Source of the DNA: Elsinoe ampelina
Lineage: Eukaryota
Direction of reading: 5' to 3'
Assembly: GCA_010093995.1 (NCBI GenBank)
Contig: ML992502.1
Location: 1,894,312-1,958,311 of the forward strand
Length of the DNA stretch: 64,000 nt
The translations under genes were made by a program, and so were the position numbers. The notes below the pieces were generated by a model. The model saw nothing but the letters and a program-made list of their open reading frames with translations, searched no databases and was not told the DNA's origin. Positions 22,546 through 33,600 of the stretch are shown piece after piece. Positions within the stretch are counted from its first letter, which is position 1. Each line of letters starts with the position of its first letter.

Positions 22546-25500
22546 TCACTTACACAGAGAAGCACACTCCTTCTTATGCCTCTTCCACCCCTTCTTCTGA
22601 CACTCCCTCCCACAATACCCCACCTTCTTACACCTCGCACAAGCCTTCATCCCCCCTCCCTCCTTTCCACACTGCCCACAAGGCGCCTCCTTCCCCGTCA
22701 TCATCTTCCTCATACCCAGCTCCAGTGCCTTCATCGGATCATCAAGATCGATCATGGGAAGCTTCATCTCCTTGCGAGTGGACATGGCGGCGAACTCCTT
22801 CCCTGAATAGAGCATACTGAACGCGGCTCGGTAGGAGAAATGCTGGTACGGTTTCCAGAAGGCTGGGACGTCGCTGAGGTTGTGGCCGCGGCCGCAGTGG
22901 CAGAGTGGGGTGTTGAATGTGGGTCTTGGTAGGGGGGGCGGCGTGATGAAGAGCTTGCACTCGCAGCTCTGCGGATTATGTGTCCAGTTCTCGCGGCAGC
23001 GCTCTACGCAGGCTACGATCCAGGAAATCAGGAGATCGTGCTTCTCCTTGGTGGGGACGTTGTACTGTCGTGGTAGGATTTGGTCGTTGGAGGTGCTCTG
23101 TACCATGGTTTTTAGCGTCTTGGTGAGGTCGTACATGGCTGGATTCGGCGGGAGAATGAGTACGTCGAGGATGATGCCGCCGCTTTGGGTGTCGTGACGG
23201 ATGGTGAGAGGCACTACCAGGAGATTGACAGTCATGTCCGTAGTGGGTGCGAAGATTATGGGCTTGCTGGCAGTCCCAAGTGAAGTGTGTCTTGCCCAGG
23301 TCATCGCCATGTCCAAGACAAGTTGGCTGATCCAGGTGGCGCCTGTCATGTTGTCGAGTCCAAAATGGTGTTCGCTTTCGAATCCGAGGGAGTACGAAGC
23401 TGCTCTGACGATGGCGGATGTGCAGTCAAGAGTGCCCGGGTTGCCGATTGGGCTCATGACGGGCATTCTGGATAGCAAGATTCGATCAAGCGCAGAAGAG
23501 ACGAGGTCATCGCCCGATACTGACCCCGCCAGGCATACAGGAAATCGTGTCTCTGCATGGTATCGAGCCCGAGAGCTGTCGTCCGCGATAGCCTGGAATC
23601 CAAGGTAGATTCGATTGTTCTTCGCTATAGCTATGTGCGTGGCGTCACGTACAGAACAAGGGAATCGAGCAAGCAAGTGGACGTCCTGATAGATGAGACT
23701 CACTGTGTCGGCCGAGAGGGAGGTGGCAGTCTGGCGATTGAGAAAGTCGACGACTTTTTTATCGGGGACAATATGTTTCGTGTCTGGGAGCAATGCAGCC
23801 AAAGTAAGAAGTCCTGCTGTTCCGTCTTCACGCAGGTCTACCTTCACCCTTTCAGTCGCCGGGGTCAAGTCCAATTTCGGACAACGCTTGAATTGGTCTC
23901 CAATCTCTGATGGGTCGTCCATCTTCCCATTTTCAGGAGCGGGGTTGTAAGAGAGTAGAACTCTCGCTTTGTTGGCGATGTGACTCAGATCGATGACGCT
24001 TGCCGCAGGGTTGTCGAATCCCAGTCCAGGGTGATAATTCAAGCCAGAGGAGCTAGGGTGCAAAGCAACTTCGCCATTGTATTCAATCGCTTTGGTGATC
24101 AGCCCTGCTGGAACGAAACAGCTGACGATCGTGTCAGGCTTTGCTTGCCAACTGTCGGAAACTGTCTTCATTACCAGCTTTCCAGTCGCATGACTTGCAG
24201 CTAAATCGACAGCCCCAAAGCATGTTTCTAAAGCATGGAATTCGGAGTACTTCCAATATCGACAACGGACTGTCAGAGTCAGAGGGAATGACCTTTTGCT
24301 GGTAATTTTGGCTTCTCTGTGTCTGCAGGTAATTTTACTGTCTCTGTGTAGGGCCCAAGCAGCGTGAGGGACAATGAAGCTGAGTCGAACAATGGGAGGA
24401 GTGAGCCCCTTGTTATCCAGTAATGGTCTCAAGTCTCGCTTGGTACATTCCCTGCACGAGCCGGTAGGACATTCACAGAAGGGCTCTTTGTTGATGAACT
24501 TTGTCTCCAGCAGGCCTGCCAGAAAGAGATGTGTCCCGACTTCTGCAATGCGACGGCTCCGCTACCTGGTTCACAAAAGAGAGCAACACATTTGGCCAAT
24601 CGACAATGATGCGACCGTGCAAAAAGCGAACGAGCGCGGCGAAGGAGGCGGCAGTATAAAGGTAGGGTCGGGTGTATCTCGATCCTTCGATCCCAGAGTC
24701 GTCAGCCTCCTCAAGATGTGGGCACTCATGGTCGAGGTCGGACCAATCAAACAACAATCTCCATTTGGAGCTAGCCTGGCGGGGTTCCTCATCATTCCAA
24801 GGCACATCGTCGTATGTAGGATCCAGCATCGCTCGGTACCATTTGTACAACACTGACTGAACGGCCGAAGGTTCAAGGTATACCTCCGCCTGGTAGGGCT
24901 GGTTGATCATACCGACCGCCGAATGTGTACGCCGCCACGTGAAGCGGGCTGGCTTCACGTAAGCTCCCATTGGGGACCCTTGTACCACGATCGGAGGATC
25001 AGTGCTGTATCCGTTGACGAAACCATCTGGTAGTACACCCAACAAGATGCTGCCGTTGAGCGGATCGCAACCCGGCATTTCTGACAAACTAGTGTCCTTG
25101 GAGTTGTCACAAGCGTGAAGGGTCGAGGTGTACAATACGGCGCGGTGCGAGTAGTGGAGAAGCGGAACAGTCGCTGGTATTATGGCGAGCAGCCCGACCT
25201 CGTCGGTCAGGGTTGAAGTGTCGATGACGTCGTAAGCCATGAACAGTGGGTTGTTGCGGTGCTCCTCGAGATTGAGCATATCTCCGGAGCCGTGGTTATC
25301 GAAGAGACGGTACAATTTTGGCATGCAGGAGTTCATTCGGACGAGAAGGCCCTGAAGCTCGTGGCACAGTCGTAGCTCCTCTCCGCAATGTATCATGAGT
25401 TGTAGCCGACCCTGCTTGATGAACTCGGCGAACCTTGAAGTCCAGTCCCTGAACTCGTCTTTCGCTGCATTCGTAATGGCCATGGCGATGGCGTCAGGAT

Positions 25501-26389
25501 CTTGATTCTCAATCTCGCATGCATGTGCAAAATGGAATGGTGATAGGTAGCCGGTGGAGATGTTGGGTTGGAAGACGCCCTCACCTGACTGCGGTGTACA
25601 GAAAAGGGGGTTGACGAACATCAGGTCTGCATCAGACGATTTTGTATCTGAAAGGGATGCACCGGAAGTCCACATGTGCTGGTGGCAGAATCTGACAGCC
25701 TGGCTTGCTTGAGCGGCGTGAATGCTGGCCCCTCGTACCCTTGAACTATCAGTGTCGGATTGATTGCTGCTTTCGCAACTGCGCAGATATTCGGTAAAAT
25801 GAAGACCTCGAGATACATCCAAGGAGCAATCGAGGGCGCAACTGTACAAGGACCAGAAGCTGCGCAAGTGTTGTAGTGTAGCGGAGTTGGTGAATTTGAA
25901 GACCTTGCCGAACTCGCTATCGTTCCATGCGTCGAGCGACAGAGAGACCTTGACCAGCAGTGCGGCATGGTCCCGCATTTGGACGAGACTGTCAGGGTCG
26001 ATTTTGAATTCGAAGTACTGCCGCCACATGATGTCGGATACAGATCTCGCACCGTCGTCATCGAATTTGGCAGAATGACGACTTATGAAGGTAAGTAGAT
26101 AGATGTCACGGGCTGGAAATATCAGTTGGATGATCGTACTGAAAGATTTGGACCTACCAGAATTCGCTCTGTGACGACTGCAGATGGTGAACTCGAAGCG
26201 TGATTGCGCATTCTCTTCCTGTTGCGACAAGGTGAAGAGAATATCTCCGACATCTTCTACTCCCAGCAGAAGGAGTCTGGTAGGTCCAGTTTCGAAAGCG
26301 GCGTGATGGCGCAAGAGATTCGAGGCAGGGGAACTACGCATGGGGGTGAAACACGTACCGAGAGGATCAAAGTTGCATGTCGTCAACAT
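22546..26389 (-). CDS. DUF4470 + zf-MYND large protein (paralogue 2) with one internal frameshift (possible pseudogene)
   Basis: LLLGVEDVGDILFT; in-frame 45-nt intron 26113-26157 at the same A|R site as paralogue 1; frame change near 24545-24565; VERCRENWTH..CEC..CHCG; intact MYND CGQC..CARC..YCGRECQKKGWKRHKKEC. Confidence 0.75.
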
Positions 26390-27481
26390 GGTGGCGACCG
26401 AGGGGCCTCATCCGGCCAGACGATTGTGACCAATCGACGATGCTGACGTTCGGACGGATGTGACGACTAGGCGATTGTGACGAACATGAGAGAGAAGTTT
26501 TGTGATTGGAGTTGAAAAGTGGATGTCATCCGTGAAAGAGAGGAGGTTTTCAAAGAATTTGCGCTCAGAGTCAGCCATGTCGCCGTCACATGTCTCTTGG
26601 CAGGGATTGCTGGACGCGATGCCACCTGCTGGTCGCACTACCGATTGTTGGTAGTAGGCACGTTCGCTCGAAGCATGCTCGTTTTGCCGATGACTCCTGT
26701 ACGCTGCTGGTGCCCTCTCGTTCTGATGGCCGGAAATAGTTTCCCATGCCAGTGACAGCCATCCCTATCGCATTTCCCGCAGTCATAGCGCCTTTGTCTA
26801 ATCCATATCTATCATCGTGACTATATGCTTATCATGAATTGGAAAGAGATGGGGCTAGCCCAAACCTGACGAATGGCACCATGCTGCAAAACTCGAATTA
26901 CACACTGACTTGCGAACACATAATAGATTCTAGGCGCCGCGAACCTGCAGCTAAACTCGTCGGCACGATGGCGAAGAGATGCTGTAGTGATCGTTCACTT
27001 TTAACAGACACAATGTATTGGGACAAAAGACGACAAGTTTGCCAGCGGACAAATGAGCAAAGGAAAGTTAGGCCCCAGGATTTGCCGAGGTTGTTTGCAT
27101 GACCGCGAGAAAGTCGCCCGAGCGAGCCCAGCGCTACCGTGCTGCATATTGGCAGCACTACCAGACCATGGAGGCTACATAACACGCGCCAAATTCAGGA
27201 TTGCTAATGGCCTTGTTCATTTGAGGTGGCCATTAGCTAATGCGTTGGTCTCTGATCTTGTCCAGTGTCCAGGCCATACGTCCAGTTGTTTTGTATGCTC
27301 GGAAGTCGACCCACCGAATCTCAGTACGAGTAAAAGGATACCTCACCAAGACATCAAGAGCAAGGTGATTGATGTTGAATGAGTAGATTTTCCCGCTTTC
27401 AATGCTCGAGTGGTCTCGAACCTACCCTGGCGCCACTTCACATGCGATGCAGCCTCTATCACCCACCCTCTTTTTGTATAT

Positions 27482-29018
27482 CTAAGCCCAATACTCCTTC
27501 ACATGATGCGTATTCTTATACTTCATAAATCGACAACACACCGGGAAGACCAACGTATTCACCGCCGCCCAAGCCAACAACACCCCAAAATTCAACCCCA
27601 ACCTATTATGCAAATCAAACAAAATCGTCCTCGTCGCTTCCACCACATTGTGCAACGGCCACGCATACCCCCAGTAGAAAAAATGCGGCTCGATCTCGAT
27701 CGGGTAGAAACTCGTCGACACGTTCGAGATGACCCAGAAAATCAACCATAGCCCCGTCCAAGGCTGGCCGACAATCATGGCGACGTTTTCGCATGCGAGA
27801 CCGAGGGCCATCATGCCGACGTAGTTGAGGCACCAGAAGAGGGGGAAGGTGGCGGCGCCGTATTTGACGGGGTTTTTGGAGCCGTTGACCATGACGAGGG
27901 CGGCTTCGGTGTCGGATTGGACTACGTTGGGGGTGCTGAAGTTGACTTGGAAGGCGAGGGATACTATGCTGTAGGCGAGCGAGAGGAAGAGGTAGGCGCC
28001 TTGGATGCCGATGTAGCGGACGAAGACCATTTGCCAGAATTTGAGGGGTGGGTGGCCTTGGGGTTTAATGAGTTTCGTGTAGACTGGGAGGTAGAAGGAG
28101 AAGGAGAAGAAGGACAAGATGATGAGGTAGATGAGTCCGACCGTGACGGTGGGTGTGATCTGGTAGGGATAGAAGGGTCGGAGGTTGTACATGCTGAAGC
28201 CGATGGCAGGAGAGATGGCTTGCGGCACCCGAGCGATGTTCTCGCGGAGGGTCGCGTCGGTAGTAGCGTTCTGCAACACGGTCCGAGACCATTGCGATCC
28301 GACCGAGGAAGTGATCTGTGTCAAGAACTCGGACACCATCGGAAAGACGTAGCTGTCCCAGGCAGTCTGGTCGCGAGCCTGGTTGTAGACCAACTGGCAG
28401 GTTCCAAGCGGATCGAAGCTCGTGTCGCCATTCGTTACCGCTTTAGTGAGCGAAGCAGTCGCATTGCCGTTGATGATGATCGCGGCCCAGTACTTGTTCC
28501 TGTACACAGCCTCTCGAACCTGTACCGGATCGTAGTTGAAGTCGGCAGCAAAGGAAGGGATGTAGCCAAGCGTCGGTTTGCCAGATGCCAGCATCGTCCT
28601 GGTGAGCTGGAGAACAGCTGGGCCAACTATCGGAGCTGGACCGGACTGATTGAAAGGAGCGATCAGACCGTCAAAGTCTACAACAGCGACGACCAGTGAA
28701 CCAAGATTCTTCTCTGCGCGGAATAGTGCACCCCAGTCTGGTATTTGTCAGAGTCGCAGCCTTCGACTTGGCTATGATGTACTCACATAATGACAGCACA
28801 GCCATGATAAACGCCATTAACACGACAGTCGTCAGTGCCCATTTCAAGTACACCTCCCTCCGTACTGCCTTGAGCGACTTGCTAGTGAAGTTGACTGGCT
28901 TCGGTGGACCATCGTCCTGCTTCTCGTTGTCGTCCCTGTCAGTTGAGTGCTTGTCATCATCGCTGTGCTCGTTTGGCATTGGCGCGTTGACCTCGCCATT
29001 TTGCCTGTAAGTCGCCAT
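27482..29018 (-). CDS. SNG1: SNG1/DUF3533 family membrane protein (nitrosoguanidine-resistance-like)
   Basis: LSL|YWGALF across intron 28738-28786, VVDFDG, YWAAIIINGNAT, VGLIYLIILSFF, WVISNVST, WGYAWPLHNVV. Confidence 0.85.
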
Positions 29019-29685
29019 GGTGCCGTGGACCCAACGAGCTAGAATACTGTTCAGAAAGCGAAAGGTGAAGGACAACAGCAGACGGGCATCCGGAATGCAA
29101 ACAATCTATAAGCAAACCTCTGTTCGTTTGGACCTACCCAACGTCAAGGACCAAGTGACGACATGATCCATGTCATTCCGAGGAGAACACCGCGCTACTG
29201 AAGATACTTTTCCCATCTGAAAAGTGATGGAGAAGCAGAAAAGAGAGAGGTCGTTGCTTTGTGATGTCATGGCTGGTCACTTTGTGAGGAAATCAAACGT
29301 CGGCACTCTCACAGCCGGATCGAAGCTTGTCTGCTCCTTTCCGCTTGTTTGGCCGATCTGGAGATCTGGATCGCCGTGCTTGATTCATGCCGTCAGGCAC
29401 CTCAGGTAGCAGGTGATGTTGCCAACCCCAGATGAAACTATCAGATGATGTGCATTTCGTTTCATTCAATATCTTGCGACACCTCTGCGTTGCTATACTA
29501 CAACGATGATCGGCGGACTGAGCCGCGCCTTGCTTGCTCTAATCCTATAGAGCAAGCTGAATAGCATGATGAGTGAATCTCATCGGGTATATTTGAAAAC
29601 ATCAATCCTGCCTGTATCCAGTGACTTGACCGACTAAACTCCATTGCACCTCCTTTGGTCGCGTCTGTACTTCTCCAGGCTATCT

Positions 29686-31425
29686 TCAGAGGTCAAAATC
29701 CCCAGTAAAGCCACCGTTGAGAATGACAGCGATCAAAACCCGTCTCGCCAGCTTCATGTCGCTAGCAGTAAACTCCGCGCTGGGATCGTCGAATCCTTTC
29801 GCCAATGCCCATCCGTTAAAACATGTAAACACACCGCAATCGTCCGAGTTGTTCTGGATCGAAGTCTTGACCTCGAGCACCTTCCATTCGTCTTCCTTGT
29901 ACTTGTTTCCAAGCTCCATCTTCAGCCATGCTTTGGCCAAGTTTACCATGTGTTTGTTGGTCCAACCGTGTTTGCTCATCGAATCCAAGTATTCGATCGT
30001 CCTCTTCGTCCCAGAAATGGCGAGGAGTGTCCAGTGTACTCCGCTGTTACATGGTAAGAAAATGCGTTCGCATCTGAGCAGCTTCTCGCCCTTGATGCCT
30101 TTTCGTCGTGACCATCCTTGTATGCTGTTCAACCCCTTAGAGGTCGCACTCGTAAGCCATGCTGAGCTGTATGCTGTGAAACGTGGGACGTTGTTTGGCC
30201 CCTTCACATATCCAGCTTGTTCGTTTGCCCTTGCGCAGAGGTTGGCGTAGAAGCCATTGACGATCTCGTCGTTCAACCATGGCATCTTATCGGGTCTCCT
30301 CGTGTCGATGACCGTCCCGAGATCTCTTCTTGAGATATCCACGCCTTCTATCGTCTTTGCGACAATCTTGCCATCTGACCTGTGAGCCAGTGCTGTCGTG
30401 ACCTTGTCATCCCAGTCTGAGGATAGATTGGCGATGAATTTTCTCTTTTCGACCTTCTTGACCGGCGGCAGAACCTTCCCGTAGAGGTCGTATCTCCGGC
30501 CGCCTACGGTCGTTTCCTCGATGCTGAAGCCCTCCAATCCATGATGAACATCCTCAAACTCTTTCAGGTACTCTTCTTTTGCCTGCTTAAACTCGGCCTC
30601 CTCTTGCATCTTCTTCTCCTCCCTCCATAGCGCTACCAATTTCTTCTTCTTCTGCGCCTTCATCTTTCGCAGTTTCAACTTCTCCGCGACCTGCGCCTCA
30701 GTCTTCTCCTTGCCCGCTTCGAGTAACGATCTCCTCTTCTCCTTCTTCTCCTCCTTCCTCGCTTTGATTTCCTCGTCAATCTTCTCCTCTTCCCTCTCAT
30801 CCGCTATTCTCTCCTCCTCCATCTTCTTGTCGAGCTCCAGCCACTCCTTTGAGAGCCCAAGGTCCTTCGCCATCACTTCCTCGAGTTTCCGTATCTCCAT
30901 CTTCAGCCTCTCGTCTGGCTGAAACATTGGCTCTGCCGGTAAACCCGCTCTTTCGCGCCTTATTGTTTCCTTCTTCTTGCGTCTTTGCGCACGTCTCTCG
31001 CGCTCTGCATTGTCCCTCGCTGGACTGCGCTTTCGGCGCGGCGCGGGATAGAGGCGATTTTTGTCGCGAAACAAGCCGAATCCGTCACTCTGGCCTCCCC
31101 ATCTGCAGGTGGAGACAGTATCGAAGCTGAAGATGGAAGAGGTAGGAGATGCGACTTCTGGCGTGGAGGGCGGGGATGGGGTCTGTCGTTTTGAGGGTTG
31201 CGGGGAGTCGTCGAGAGTGGTGCGGCTGCGCTTTGAGCCAGTAGGAACGTCGGTTTGGTAGGTCTCGAGAGTGACGAGCCTCTGGATACGTTGGAAATTG
31301 TCGCGAATAGCCGTGTATCGAAACTCGATCGCTTTTCGGCCAATGGCTGTTGCGCGACTGAGAAGAGAGAAGGGTGTTGTGAGAGCTTTTGTCACGAATT
31401 GCGCGCTGCCTTTGAAGCCCCACAT
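29686..31425 (-). CDS. ULP1: Ulp1-family SUMO protease (peptidase C48)
   Basis: WLNDEIVN, HWTLL, YLDSM, QNNSDDCGVF (catalytic His/Asp/Cys); long K/E coiled coil; first ATG at 31425. Confidence 0.88.
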   Translation of the reverse strand: MWGFKGSAQFVTKALTTPFSLLSRATAIGRKAIEFRYTAIRDNFQRIQRLVTLETYQTDVPTGSKRSRTTLDDSPQPSKRQTPSPPSTPEVASPTSSIFSFDTVSTCRWGGQSDGFGLFRDKNRLYPAPRRKRSPARDNAERERRAQRRKKKETIRRERAGLPAEPMFQPDERLKMEIRKLEEVMAKDLGLSKEWLELDKKMEEERIADEREEEKIDEEIKARKEEKKEKRRSLLEAGKEKTEAQVAEKLKLRKMKAQKKKKLVALWREEKKMQEEAEFKQAKEEYLKEFEDVHHGLEGFSIEETTVGGRRYDLYGKVLPPVKKVEKRKFIANLSSDWDDKVTTALAHRSDGKIVAKTIEGVDISRRDLGTVIDTRRPDKMPWLNDEIVNGFYANLCARANEQAGYVKGPNNVPRFTAYSSAWLTSATSKGLNSIQGWSRRKGIKGEKLLRCERIFLPCNSGVHWTLLAISGTKRTIEYLDSMSKHGWTNKHMVNLAKAWLKMELGNKYKEDEWKVLEVKTSIQNNSDDCGVFTCFNGWALAKGFDDPSAEFTASDMKLARRVLIAVILNGGFTGDFDL

Positions 31426-31743
31426 GGCTGGAATGTTTAACCGAGGAGGTCTCAAATGGTCGTGAGTGTTTATGAAAGTTGAAGTACTGGTGAGATATAT
31501 AGCTTTGTGATACTTTGGAAGTGGATTACCAGATGCGAATGTGAGATTGTGCAAGAAAGTGGTTTATTGTTATTGTGTGTTGTTCTTTCTTTCACGACCT
31601 CGTTTGTTGGCATGTGCCACTCGCAGAAGCTCACGCAGCAGAGCCGCATCAACTACTACATACCGAATTCATCACTTCCAATTCTACACCAGAGGCCAGT
31701 GGGATTCTCAAATGGGTGAATTGGATTTCCAATCGGCTAAATG

Positions 31744-33271
31744 TCATGTGCTATGTTTAGGAAGCACATAGGAGAACATGAGTGGCCCGAATTGCCTTGC
31801 GACTACAGCAAAGATGGCCACCAATGCCACTGTCGTGACAAAGACATTGGTCATGGGAGGCCGAGGTGAGCCGATGAGCCTGTTGAGAATATCATCCAAT
31901 CGCTTTGCCATTTCCTCCTTTCCAAACATCTCCTCGACTCGATTCTTACCTGCTTTTCCCATGACCTCAAGCTTGGTCGGGTCCTCTTTCTGTAAATTGA
32001 TCACCTTTCTCATCACGTCTGTCCAAGCTTGAACATTGTCGACGCTCCTCAGCCATCCAGTCATCTCGTCGACAATGCTTTCCGTCGGTCCGCCCTCATC
32101 GGCCGCCAGTACTGGCACCTCATGCAGCATGCCTTCGACTGGGACAATGCCAAAGTGCTCATTCCGCGGCGTGTAGATCAGCAAGCAGGCCGAGTCCAAC
32201 AACTCCTGCTTGATCGTATCCTTTACAGAAGGTAGGAAGATGACTGATATGCCCGTCACATCCGATCGAAGATCATCGTGAAGAGTGTAATGATTGAGCT
32301 TGAGGCTCGTCGCGAGAGCTTGCAGGTCCTGCAGATAGGAGACATTCTCCGCTACCCGATGATCATAACCACCTGTGTTGTCAGTCAGTTGTCTCCAACC
32401 TATCCACTGCCTGTCAACATACCTGCAAGAACCAGCAGTGAACCCTGCCTTTCCTGTTCATCAAGATGTGCAAATGCTTTGATGGCTAGTGCAACGTCCT
32501 TCTTCCGCTCGAAACGATTGATGCTGAGGAAGATCCTCTTGCTGCTCCATATGGACGGCTTGCCCTTGACCTTGCTCATCAGACCTTCAGTGTCGACGCA
32601 TGGGTATACGACTTTGAGCTTCCTGCCGCGCAAACTGGGAAAGACAGACTTGACCATGCCACCAGTGAATTTGCTGTTGACCACAATATCATCGCTACAG
32701 CTTGTGCTCCAAGACTCCAGCCAATTGAACGGCAGACGATAGACAGATTTGAGCAGCTGTAGTACTCCAGAGCTTTTCTGAACCAAAAGTTTATCCGGGA
32801 AGTGGCAATAGAACAATATCCTGGAATTCCGTCTAAGTAGCCTGAGAAGGGGAACGCCAGCGCTCAACTGATCGACAAAAAAGTGCGAGGGATCGAGAAT
32901 AGCAAGCTCTTGCGAGAATATGGCAATGCTCAGGATGAGATGAATCTGACGAGCTATCGCGCAGAAGATGGCGAAGCGGCCAGCAATGTTTGGCGGAAAG
33001 ATGGTGTTGCCACGTACGCGAACATCAAGGGTTCCTACCAGACATCAGACTCCTTCGTAACGCGAGTCATTATGGCTCTCGTACCATCTCGCGCTTCCGT
33101 AAAGCAGTGATTCGGGTCACAATGCGACGTGAAGATGGTGACTCTGCATCCTTGGGATTGAAGGCCAACTGCGGCATCAATCACCAACCTCTCAGCACCA
33201 CCGATGCCAAGATCTGGGTGCAGGAACACAACCCGCTTCTGGTTGGTCGATTGCCTCCTCTGACTGGCCAT
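31744..33271 (-). CDS. ALG2: Alpha-1,3/1,6-mannosyltransferase
   Basis: [46 protein letters not shown]; introns 33035-33084 and 32373-32422; C-terminal TM segment. Confidence 0.95.
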
Positions 33272-33600
33272 TGATGCTATTGAGGTCGTCGCATGTCGTT
33301 TTGGTCGATTTGCCGAAGACGATGAGCACTAGAGGATCTGGTTAAAGGATCTTTGGGCGCTTCAGGCCCCGATTTGCCGGAAATTTGGCCAAAGTTCCGG
33401 GGCCGAAGTTTGACTGGGGAAAACGTGGGGAGCTCTTGATCGTCTCTTGATCCTCGAAACATCATCCCACTTCAACAAACAGGCATCAGTCTTTATTCTT
33501 ACAATCGGCACACGTTTGCTCGGCCTATATGACTGCTCGACCCAACATGCGACGAAAACTCGTCTGAGCTCATTGCGACACTCTTTCACTTCCAACTGCC

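Noticed and set aside
24545..24566. 23-nt GT..AG segment as an intron fixing the MYND2 frameshift
   Set aside because: Too short, no branch site, and it does not restore the correct frame.
27917..28699. 260-aa + strand ORF
   Set aside because: Antisense to SNG1; reflects G-rich skew.
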